Shown here one piece after another: positions 39,401-46,688 of a stretch of DNA of 46,688 bases. The position numbers and the translations under genes are program-made. Positions within the stretch are counted from its first letter, which is position 1; every line of letters begins with the position of its first letter. This DNA is from Candidatus Woesearchaeota archaeon (GTDB taxonomy: Archaea; Nanobdellota; Nanobdellia; SCGC-AAA011-G17; JAFCDX01), in NCBI GenBank assembly GCA_017609465.1, contig JAFCDX010000006.1, forward strand, positions 1 through 46,688. The letters are read 5' to 3'. The notes beneath the pieces were generated by a model. It saw only the letters and a list, made by a program, of their open reading frames with translations, ran no database searches and was not told the DNA's origin.

Positions 39401-39799
39401 GATACAAACGATAATATAGCCACACAATCAACAACAATAACTGTTAGAGCAACAAGCGGTTCTTCAGGAAGTGGTGGTGCTGGAGATGGAACTAGTGACA
39501 GTGGAGAACCTGTTATTGAAGAAGAATCAGAAGAAATAATACAGCCAGGAGAAAGTGAAGAAGGATCATTAACTGCAAGAGTGTTAGGAGAAGACATAGA
39601 AGCTGTATTGGAAGTTGGATTGGTTGATATAGGGTATTACAGAAAGATACCAAAAATGTCTGTTAAATTAAAAGAAAAAATAGAGGATAAATTGGATGCA
39701 GAAAAATTACAGTTTATTCCTTGGAGATTAATTGTTCTAATATTAATATTAATTACTTTAATAGTAGGGATATATTATTATAAAAAGGAAAAATTTTAG
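36431..39799 (+). CDS. Large surface glycoprotein with dockerin-like repeats and NodB/polysaccharide-deacetylase-like domain
   Basis: DLNGDG.....D and GDANLDG.I...DA; FSLDIEDY...DGDSH...GRNATAWKFP; N- and C-terminal TMs. Confidence 0.7.
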   Translation: MKKEALKSITFIFVFSVVLLSIYILIYPGKDDLSQISGKSVNSKDGIIDSPDLMFGVQQDYIKQTYFLDLNGDGYTTESDCDMIIYRTPNPDYKCDFTPNCKTGDANLDGSIFATDASKCRSVTSHQSLNLPQTLNISVVSNTSNIITLRVMGKLLGNENPMAGIMVEPETGNKNNVSFNVDYNYTNDSGMVSFKYVINQFNTQQVLNFTIYNGSVIGKTLDGMGTTKEYSIGNALNTTFNFSKKSPVIMDIKNVTLEPNITIMYYWENLTFNCSATFYDTETKYNNISWYWYQEDSVFISNLTNGMNMSNHTNVINGTYWSPVNLSNGTGTKNYKFGYNYSCGIGIWNGSNMYFANSSNVSIDGDLKITKLKYLGNPRAFSLDIEDYVLGVNSNDTWGNYHQYNDGLRDLMYIYDKTNETKFSVGLIPRPSTSEWLNSSNLSSTDYNFRYVTADLNYDRYMYVYLDGDSHNTTAGIEYVASTSKPNNLTHTYNITIASFNIFSSIMGRNATAWKFPDFNNGPFGDKVIKSNEIFPFKILLKSHPEPELHTVEKDINNTLIVHETHKESSIPTSFGLNYFLNTNICPNGTYVSCINKTDYVNDVINLINYAEAQENISYVDYGEIGELSSTYENTVLNIQNNTMFEIVSNSNWTYRKRMAINITGIFTASNQYLNLTTPSGLTIAQNMTTYTDTGKDRAALIIIPVEDGNYTLIPIDVQSPDPYFEIENLTIYANNTKTTFNGTDANSSAYAIFKIKWTGNSNVWGDYNNTNIDFNLTHGFRFNHSKGDEWWVEHDMKTGKLHILGNSSSGTEYITAQMPFVFSKTVNKIGKKEYYINTTGMFKNISSNHMNLSIPEDYHSDWTLEVTYANGTKVSKSFYESSSIMFDVPKIEERSSLKIEYYDGVNPSITELTPSSGNVNLNEDVIISCSCSDNFNLSTIEVKVDGNIVCSASDNKQGLSCSSDYNFGTLTSNNTFNILGDHTIECTATDTNDNIATQSTTITVRATSGSSGSGGAGDGTSDSGEPVIEEESEEIIQPGESEEGSLTARVLGEDIEAVLEVGLVDIGYYRKIPKMSVKLKEKIEDKLDAEKLQFIPWRLIVLILILITLIVGIYYYKKEKF

Positions 39800-40419
39800 T
39801 TTAATTTTTTTATTTTTTTAAGCAACTCTTCTTTTTTTAGCTTAAACTGCCTTGGATTCAAATCAAGATATTTTATATCATCAAAATTTTTAATTATTTT
39901 TACTAATCTGTCCAAGAAATTTTCCAATTTATACTTCTTAAGCAAGGAAAAATATTTTTCAATGTTAATATCGCTATAAATCAATAGAGTCATTATATCT
40001 ATTTGATCTTTTTTTCCTTTTGTTGATTCACCTCTATCAAGTTCAGCACCCTGCTTTAATACCAAGAGAACTTCAGGAATAACAATATCTATATTTTCAA
40101 TTTTTGCTGAATAATTTTTAATATCTTCTACAGGAATGCTTAATCTTGAAAAATAAGGAACATATATATCTAAATCAATTTCATCAAATTCTATCTCATA
40201 TTTCTTAAGACTATCATTTTTCTTTAAATTATAATTCTCTTTAAGAAATTTTAAATCTTTCATGCTTTTTAATGCAATGTCAATATCTTTTGATTTGTGG
40301 AGTCCCGTCCATAAATATGCGGCCCATCCCCCAATTAGTATAAAATTAAAGTGTTTTTTTGTCAATTCCTTCAATATATTATAACTTTTCTCTGTTAGCA
40401 GACTATTCCAAAATTCCAT
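39796..40419 (-). CDS. Nucleotidyltransferase-fold protein (AbiEii/type IV TA toxin-like)
   Basis: FILIGGWAA......SKDIDI, LLVLK, K..KD..DI. Confidence 0.75.
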   Translation of the reverse strand: MEFWNSLLTEKSYNILKELTKKHFNFILIGGWAAYLWTGLHKSKDIDIALKSMKDLKFLKENYNLKKNDSLKKYEIEFDEIDLDIYVPYFSRLSIPVEDIKNYSAKIENIDIVIPEVLLVLKQGAELDRGESTKGKKDQIDIMTLLIYSDINIEKYFSLLKKYKLENFLDRLVKIIKNFDDIKYLDLNPRQFKLKKEELLKKIKKLN

Positions 40420-40987
40420 TTATTTTTTCCTCCAATGCTTTTAAAAAATCTTTTGCATACCATTCCTTTAAATTCCATAAGTCAACGAAGGTATGCGCGA
40501 TTGTAGTTGTTTTTTCTTTCATAAAATCATCTTTTTTTAATATGAATAAATTAGGGGTTTTATTATTTTCAGGAAATCTCTTTTTTATTTCTTCAACATC
40601 ATTGGAATAAATATAAACCTCTGAGTAATCCGCAGGAACATCCTTAAACTTGTATTTGTATGCTGAATAAGCTCCAAAAACACTGTCAGATGTAACTTCT
40701 GCTTCTATGTTTTTTACTGGTTTGTCAATCCTTGTTTTAAATATTATATCTTTTTCTATGTTCCTTATTGAAGCCCAGTAATATAATATTTTTTTTATAT
40801 CAATGATTTCTAAAGATCTTAATTTTACATTTACTGCATTCATCTTAATCAAAGGTTTTATAGCGTTATTTACAGTGCTCAAAGATATTTTAAGATATTT
40901 AGAGAGCGATAGCTGAGTAAGATTCTTGTTTCCTTTTTCAATTGCTGAAAAAAGCAATTCTCTGTATACATATTCTGATTTTTTCAT
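40403..40987 (-). CDS. wHTH transcriptional regulator (AbiEi-like antitoxin)
   Basis: TQLSLSK.L.ISLSTVN.AI..L HTH; AYSA, VYIY, AHTFVDLW; overlaps the NTase gene. Confidence 0.7.
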   Translation of the reverse strand: MKKSEYVYRELLFSAIEKGNKNLTQLSLSKYLKISLSTVNNAIKPLIKMNAVNVKLRSLEIIDIKKILYYWASIRNIEKDIIFKTRIDKPVKNIEAEVTSDSVFGAYSAYKYKFKDVPADYSEVYIYSNDVEEIKKRFPENNKTPNLFILKKDDFMKEKTTTIAHTFVDLWNLKEWYAKDFLKALEEKINGILE

Positions 40988-41062
40988 ATTTCTATTTATT
41001 ATTCATAAATTTATAAATGTTTCTATTTTTATAGAAATATATTTAAATCTTATATTTAAAAA

Positions 41063-43822
41063 TCAAAACTTCAAACTAACTACTTTTGATATTCCATCCT
41101 GCATTGCAACCCCATAAACTTGATCTGCTTCTGTTATAACATTATCATTGTGAGATATTATTATGTATTGGGCGTTATTTGAATATTTCTTTATTAATTG
41201 TGACAATAATTCTGAGTTTGCCTTGTCAAGGGCAGCATCAACTTCATCGAAGAAATAAAATGGTGCTGGATTATATTCATGAATAGAAAATATGAAAGCA
41301 AGGGCAGTTAATGTTTTTTCTCCTCCAGAGAGAGATTTAATATCCAGAAACTTATTGCCTACTATCTTAACTTTTATCTCAACACCTGAATTAAAAACAT
41401 CTTCCTCATCTTCAATCTCAATATGTGCAGACCCTTTTGTGCTTAATTGAGAGAATATTCTCTTAAAATTATCATTTATTTTCTTAAAAGTTTTCATGAA
41501 TATGTCTTTTTTCTGTTTTTCTATTTCATTTATTGCATTAAGAACATCCTCTTTCTCATTTTTCAATTTGTCTGTTTTTTCAACAAGTTCATTGAATTCT
41601 TTTTCAAGACCTTCATAAATCTCAAGAGCCCTTAAATTAACATTTCCTATTCTCATTATTTCTCTTTCATTTTCCCTTATCTTCAATGCAAGCTCATCAA
41701 ATGAAATATTATTTTTTATCTTAGCGTCCTTGAATTCCTCAAATTCCTTGTCAAGACCTTCCAATTCACCAATCAATTTTGCCTTGTTTATGTTATGCTC
41801 ATTAATAACATTTTCAATTTGTTTTGATTTCTCCTCTTCCTTAATTATCTTTGTTTCTATTTCCTGTATCTTTACTGAAAAAGAATCTCTTTTCTTTGCC
41901 ATGTTCTTGAAGCTACTATGGGTTTTTTGCTCTTCCTTTTCATAGTCTTTCAATGAATTCTTACTTTTTGTTATCTCTAAATTTAAATTCTTTAATTCTT
42001 CCTCAAATTCTTTTTTCTCTTTTTCATATTCCTTAAGAATTTTCTCGCTTCTGCTTGTTTCTGGGATGTACATATTTTCCAATTGCAAAATTATATTATT
42101 TACTTCAGAGCGCATCATCATTATTGTTCTCTCTTTCTCCATTTTTTCTTTTTCAAGAGATTCAAATGATTTTCCAGTTGATTTTAATGACAATTTTGAT
42201 TTTCCCAGATTTCCTTTTCTAACATAACCTCCAATCATTGCTCCGCTTGTTTCCATCAAGTCTCCTTCAAGAGTTACCATTCTTGCTCTTCCTATTCCTA
42301 TTTTTCTTGCCTCTTCTATATTGTTTACTATAAGGGTTAAAGAAAATATATACTCAAATATGTTCTTGAATTTTGAATCAAATTTTATTAAATCTATGGC
42401 GAGACCTTCTGTTTTTTTTGATAATTCTTTTATATCGTTGGAAGGATTCCTGGGTTTTATCTTGTTCAATGGTAAAAAAGTTGCAATTCCCAGTTTTTTG
42501 TTTTTTAATATCTTTATGTACTTTTGTGCTATAAAATCATCCTCAACAACTATGCTCTTTAATCTTGCTCCTGCAGCAGTCTCAATTGCCAATGCATATT
42601 TATTATCAACATCTATCAAATCCCCGACGGTTCCATAAACATTATCATCAGAGGCCTTTATTACTTCCTCAACAGCAGGATTGGGCCTTATGCTTGGGAT
42701 TGTTCTTAATGATTTCAATTGTTTATTCAATTCTTCCAAATCCTTTTCCAAACCATTTATTTTATCTTCATAGGATTTTTTCTCTTCCCTAAGAGATTTT
42801 ATTTTTTTTGAAGTTGAACTTGAATCTGATTTTATCTGCTTGCTTCTCTCTGTTATTTTTTCAATCTCGTTTTTGCAGACATTTATTCTTTCCTCCTTTC
42901 TTATTATTTCTTCTTTAAGATTTTCAATATTTTTTCTTAATTCAAGACTTTCTCTTTCGCCTTTGTCCTCAAGATTCTTGTTTAATTCAGAAATATTATT
43001 CCTTATTCTTGAAATATCTTCCCTATATTTTTTTATGTTGTTATTTATCTTGTTTAATTTTTCCTTTTGTTCATTTATCTTTTTGTCTATACCTTCTTTT
43101 TTCTTTTGTCTGTTTTGAATCTGCATATGAATCAATGTTGCCCTATTATCTTTCAAATCCTTTTCAAGCTTTTTGTATTTTATTGCCTGATCTTTTTCTT
43201 TTTGAAGTTCTCTTAGATTTGCCTTTCTCTCAGTTAATATTATTTCAGCTTCCTTTAATTTTGATTCTACTTTATCAAGTTCTCTCAGGGATTTTTGTTT
43301 TTTGTCTTCATAAATTGATATTCCTGAAGCATCTTCAATGATTCCTCTTCTCTCTTCAGACCTCATCTCTGTGAATTTTACTATGTCTCCCTGGAGCATT
43401 ATATTATATCCGTCAGGGTCCAAACGTGCAGTCCCCAATAGTTCAAGCATTTGTTGCCTTGTAGAAACATTATCGTTTATCTTGTAAATACTCTGTCCGT
43501 TTTGTCTTACTATTCTTGATATTTTCAAATATTCCTCTTCAACAGGAAATTCCTTTTTCTTATTATCAAAGAATATATCAACCTGAGCTTCCTTTGCAGG
43601 AGAGTTGTTTTTTCCACCATTATAAATCAAATTAGCTGATTTCTCAGCCCTCATTCCCTTTGCAGAGCTTTTTCCCAACACAAAACAAAGAGCATCACAA
43701 ATATTACTCTTTCCAGATCCATTGGATCCTATTACTGTTGAGAATCCATTCGGAAATACAAATTCTGTATGTTTTGCAAAGGATTTAAAGCCCTTCAACC
43801 TCATTTTTTGGATAATGGTCAT
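41063..43822 (-). CDS. smc: Chromosome segregation protein SMC (short, 919 aa)
   Basis: GFKSF, Walker A GSNGSGKSN, hinge GTVGDLI...TFLPLN...GDL..SGAMIGG, signature LSGGEK, FDEVDAALD, ISH. Confidence 0.93.
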   Translation of the reverse strand: MTIIQKMRLKGFKSFAKHTEFVFPNGFSTVIGSNGSGKSNICDALCFVLGKSSAKGMRAEKSANLIYNGGKNNSPAKEAQVDIFFDNKKKEFPVEEEYLKISRIVRQNGQSIYKINDNVSTRQQMLELLGTARLDPDGYNIMLQGDIVKFTEMRSEERRGIIEDASGISIYEDKKQKSLRELDKVESKLKEAEIILTERKANLRELQKEKDQAIKYKKLEKDLKDNRATLIHMQIQNRQKKKEGIDKKINEQKEKLNKINNNIKKYREDISRIRNNISELNKNLEDKGERESLELRKNIENLKEEIIRKEERINVCKNEIEKITERSKQIKSDSSSTSKKIKSLREEKKSYEDKINGLEKDLEELNKQLKSLRTIPSIRPNPAVEEVIKASDDNVYGTVGDLIDVDNKYALAIETAAGARLKSIVVEDDFIAQKYIKILKNKKLGIATFLPLNKIKPRNPSNDIKELSKKTEGLAIDLIKFDSKFKNIFEYIFSLTLIVNNIEEARKIGIGRARMVTLEGDLMETSGAMIGGYVRKGNLGKSKLSLKSTGKSFESLEKEKMEKERTIMMMRSEVNNIILQLENMYIPETSRSEKILKEYEKEKKEFEEELKNLNLEITKSKNSLKDYEKEEQKTHSSFKNMAKKRDSFSVKIQEIETKIIKEEEKSKQIENVINEHNINKAKLIGELEGLDKEFEEFKDAKIKNNISFDELALKIRENEREIMRIGNVNLRALEIYEGLEKEFNELVEKTDKLKNEKEDVLNAINEIEKQKKDIFMKTFKKINDNFKRIFSQLSTKGSAHIEIEDEEDVFNSGVEIKVKIVGNKFLDIKSLSGGEKTLTALAFIFSIHEYNPAPFYFFDEVDAALDKANSELLSQLIKKYSNNAQYIIISHNDNVITEADQVYGVAMQDGISKVVSLKF

Positions 43823-43877
43823 TATTAAAAATAGAGATGATTGTTTTAAATAGTTTACTGTGAGAGAAAATAAATAA

Positions 43878-44189
43878 TTAAGATAGACCCTTTAATTTAT
43901 TAACTAACTCATCAAATACTTTCTTTTTCTTTTCCTTGGATAAAGAAAATAGTAACTTTTCCACCATTTCCTCAGATATTGTAAAGATATAGTTTAATTT
44001 TATAATGCTGTCCTTTACTGCACCTTCTCTTTTAGATAAAGATATTCCCTTCATTTCAGTATTGCTAGTTATCCCAGCAACAATAAGATTATCAAAATCT
44101 TTGAATAAAATCAATGCTGGTCTTCTTTTAACCTCAAATGTATCTGTATATTGTATTTTAGTTAGAATAATATCTCCTGATTTATACAT
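43878..44189 (-). CDS. PemK/MazF family toxin
   Basis: GDIIL....YTD...K.RPALIL, ITS, S.IKL..IFTI; likely start MYKSG at 44189. Confidence 0.85.
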   Translation of the reverse strand: MYKSGDIILTKIQYTDTFEVKRRPALILFKDFDNLIVAGITSNTEMKGISLSKREGAVKDSIIKLNYIFTISEEMVEKLLFSLSKEKKKKVFDELVNKLKGLS

Positions 44190-44406
44190 TATCCCATACC
44201 TCATCCTCTTTATTATCCCATAACTCCCTCATCTTTGATTGCTGGATTTTATGAAGAAACTCATCATATTGATTATTTTTCTTTATATTTTTGAATATAT
44301 GGATCATATTTTTTATTAACTCATTATAAGTCTGCCTGGGATATTCTCTAACTTCTTTTAAAGAATCAACAATTTTTTTATTAAGTTGTATTGTTGTATT
44401 TTTCAT
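44182..44406 (-). CDS. Putative antitoxin (RHH-like)
   Basis: TTIQL....L......TYNELI, acidic WDN.EDEVW tail; overlaps the toxin start. Confidence 0.75.
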   Translation of the reverse strand: MKNTTIQLNKKIVDSLKEVREYPRQTYNELIKNMIHIFKNIKKNNQYDEFLHKIQQSKMRELWDNKEDEVWDNV

Positions 44407-44456
44407 TATATATCACCTATAAATATTATATAATTAATTATATATAAATCTTTTGG

Positions 44457-45104
44457 TCAGAAATCAAGTATATTTTTTTGTTTTTTTGCATGTTTTTTGT
44501 AAGGAAGCCATGATTTTCTGAATATTCCATCATGTTTCTCATAATTTTCTTTTAGAAATTTTTGAGTTCTCTCATCAGACATATATCCTGAGCCAAAATC
44601 CTCTTTAATTTTCTTTTTTATTTTTTCAATTTCCTCTTCTCTTATGAATTTTGACAATACTGATGCTGAAGCACATTCAATGAAATTTAAATCTGCTTTG
44701 TGCTCTATCATTAATTCTGCTTCATGCTTGAGAAAAGTTCTTAAATAATTCTTGTATTCTTCCTTGTTTGGAGAAGGACAATCTATTATTACCTTGTCTG
44801 GCTTCAGATGATTTATTATCTTTGCTGTATTTATAGCTTCTAATCTGTTAAGATTTAAATTTTGAGAATTCAGTGCATCATCAATCTCTTCAACAGGAAC
44901 TATGAATGTCTTGTAATCTTTTACTATTTTCTTAATTTCCTTGTACAAATAATCTCTTTGTCTTTTTGTAAGTAATTTAGAGTCTTTTACTCCTAATTCT
45001 TTTAACTTAAAAACATCTTCCTCATTTATTAAAATACCCGACATTATTAAAGGACCGATGATGCAACCTCTTCCAGCTTCATCTATCCCGCATATTGTTT
45101 TCAT
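44457..45104 (-). CDS. rnhB: Ribonuclease HII
   Basis: GIDEAGRG, GVKDSK.L, EHKAD, ASVLSK, DFGSGY.SD, RKSW. Confidence 0.95.
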   Translation of the reverse strand: MKTICGIDEAGRGCIIGPLIMSGILINEEDVFKLKELGVKDSKLLTKRQRDYLYKEIKKIVKDYKTFIVPVEEIDDALNSQNLNLNRLEAINTAKIINHLKPDKVIIDCPSPNKEEYKNYLRTFLKHEAELMIEHKADLNFIECASASVLSKFIREEEIEKIKKKIKEDFGSGYMSDERTQKFLKENYEKHDGIFRKSWLPYKKHAKKQKNILDF

Positions 45105-45300
45105 ACATATAAGAAAAATAAATTTATTATAAATTTATCTATTAGAAAAAGATTTATAAATTAATTTATATGTAAAAATATTAATATAGAAGGTACTGTA
45201 ATAATGTTAAAAAAGAGGAATTTAAAATTAATATATAATATTAATTTTACTTATTATTCTTGGTGCTTTAGGATATTTCTTATACTATAAGTATAATAAA

Positions 45301-45591
45301 TTATACTTCCTTTATTTCTTTTTCTATCTTTCTAATCTTTTCAAGTCTTTCATTAAGTTTTTCATACTTAGAATTAATCTTTTCCTTGCTTTCACTAAGT
45401 TTTGATTCTCTTTTCATTAAATTAGAAATTTTGTTTCTTAATTCAACTTCCTGACTTTTTGTAGAATTAAGCTTTTCTTTTAATCTGAATAAACTCCTTA
45501 CTATCTCTCTTTTTTGTTTATTTAATGCTGACAGCTCTTTTTTAATATCTTTTAGAGCCTCATTAAGCATCTGCTTTTGTTTCTTAGGCAT
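45301..45591 (-). CDS. Coiled-coil hypothetical protein
   Basis: 96-aa heptad-rich, Lys/Glu-rich ORF. Confidence 0.65.
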   Translation of the reverse strand: MPKKQKQMLNEALKDIKKELSALNKQKREIVRSLFRLKEKLNSTKSQEVELRNKISNLMKRESKLSESKEKINSKYEKLNERLEKIRKIEKEIKEV

Positions 45592-45615
45592 AATTATTTT
45601 TATATTTTTTAATAT

Positions 45616-46311
45616 TTAAAGCTTTCTGTTATTTATCTTTGACATTATCTTGTTTATCTTATTCTTGCTTGAGTTATAGGTTTTTTTAGATATATATTTA
45701 GATTTGTATGCTTTTTGAAGCAATTTTTTCTTTTTTTCAAGTTTTTTAATTACTTCTTTTTTCTTCTGCCTTTTCATGAAATTCTTGTAAATTCTATCCA
45801 ATTTTGAATCAAGATTTTTGCTTATGTTTTTTAACTTCAATCTCTCTAATATTACAAAAACCAAGACAGAAATTATAATTAAGGTTATTATTATTGATAT
45901 AAGATAATTAACATTTCTAGATATTTTGCTACTTTTACTCTCATATAATTGAAATGTTTTTGATTCAGTATAAGTTTTGTTATTATGTTCTATGTTAACA
46001 GAAAATGTGTATATCCCGGGTTCTGTTTTTGGTATGTAAAATCCTCTTGTGAGATTCAATTCATCATCAAGAATTAATGTCTTTGTCTCTTTCATTATTA
46101 TTTTTTCATCATGAACAACAAAATCCACAATCAAGGGAGTCTTTATCATGTCAACATTATCTCTTATTATTATATTTGCATCAAGACTTTCATCAAAAGA
46201 AATATTATTGTTTTCCAAATTCACTTCAAGACCGATATCTAAAATACCATAAACCAATGGCATCAATAGAATTATTAAAAATAACCACCCCTTCATTTTT
46301 AAGAATAACAT
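45616..46311 (-). CDS. Membrane-anchored protein (signal peptide, Ig-like domain, TM, basic tail)
   Basis: LFLIILLMPLVYG, PGIYTFSV, TM, Lys-rich tail. Confidence 0.7.
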   Translation of the reverse strand: MLFLKMKGWLFLIILLMPLVYGILDIGLEVNLENNNISFDESLDANIIIRDNVDMIKTPLIVDFVVHDEKIIMKETKTLILDDELNLTRGFYIPKTEPGIYTFSVNIEHNNKTYTESKTFQLYESKSSKISRNVNYLISIIITLIIISVLVFVILERLKLKNISKNLDSKLDRIYKNFMKRQKKKEVIKKLEKKKKLLQKAYKSKYISKKTYNSSKNKINKIMSKINNRKL

Positions 46312-46327
46312 ATTTTAATTTATAAGT

Positions 46328-46688
46328 TTAACGTTTCTTACTTTTTTTTATTAATCCTTTCTTGTAATATTCTTTTACTAATCTCACCTTTTTGCTTAAA
46401 TCAGTTTTCTTTTTTGGAGATTTTGTCCTTGCATATCTTATTTTTCTTATTGTTCTTAAATTAAATATCATTATTGTTAATATTATTGCTATCATCCCAA
46501 TAAATAACAAATATTTTGCTATATCAAACTTTTCTAGTCCAAGAACAGTTCCTTTAATTTTAAAAGAAGCACTTGCAACAGATGTTATGTTTTCATGCTT
46601 TACCAAGATACCAATAATATAATCTCCTTCTTTTAATTTTAAGTTTTTGAAAGATTTTCCGTAATTAACAAGATCTTTAACTGTCAAA
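46328..46688 (-). CDS. Partial membrane-anchored protein (C-terminus; runs off window)
   Basis: EGDY...SASF.I then TM and basic tail resembling the neighbouring gene. Confidence 0.6.
   Translation of the reverse strand, partial: LTVKDLVNYGKSFKNLKLKEGDYIIGILVKHENITSVASASFKIKGTVLGLEKFDIAKYLLFIGMIAIILTIMIFNLRTIRKIRYARTKSPKKKTDLSKKVRLVKEYYKKGLIKKSKKR

Noticed and set aside
45203-45300. Possible tiny membrane ORF between rnhB and the 45301 gene
   Set aside because: Interrupted after about 12 codons; insufficient evidence
355-46622. Many short ORFs antisense to or overlapping real genes (e.g. 6429..6812, 12546..12908, 35446..35967, 41447..43341 set)
   Set aside because: Shadow frames of well-supported genes; biased composition and no motifs
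1-46688. CRISPR array, cas genes, DGR (RT plus TR/VR), transposase, integrase, rRNA
   Set aside because: No regularly spaced repeats, no RT/DDE/tyrosine-recombinase motifs, no near-identical pair differing only at adenines, and no long GC-rich RNA gene seen by eye

Overview
AT-rich chromosomal fragment of an archaeon, most likely a DPANN lineage (Woesearchaeota/Pacearchaeota-like; inferred from gene content, not from phylogeny). It carries archaeal information-processing genes: rpl21e-rpoF-DUF655-rps13-rps4-rps11-rpoD(Rpo3)-tRNA-Leu-rpl18e-rpl13-rps9-rpoN, trpS, elp3, pth2, fibrillarin/Nop5, smc and rnhB. These are interleaved with Cys-rich lipoproteins, a ~15 kb block of large secreted/surface proteins and three toxin-antitoxin-like modules, one of them heavily frameshifted. 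The most notable observations are: (1) a bacterial sigma70/RpoD-type protein with regions 2, 3 and 4 directly after rpoN, plus an orphan wHTH and a degenerate receiver-like gene also inserted in core operons; (2) a tRNA-Leu with an A34 anticodon (AAG) and a T-loop intron; (3) a tRNA-Trp with two introns, one carrying a K-turn/box C/D-like guide aimed at its own C34, next to fibrillarin, Nop5 and trpS; (4) a short-armed SMC; (5) modular lipoprotein and surface-protein families sharing a post-signal-peptide TGxx(V/I) motif. No CRISPR array, rRNA, transposase, integrase or reverse transcriptase was seen. All calls were made by eye; no searches were run.
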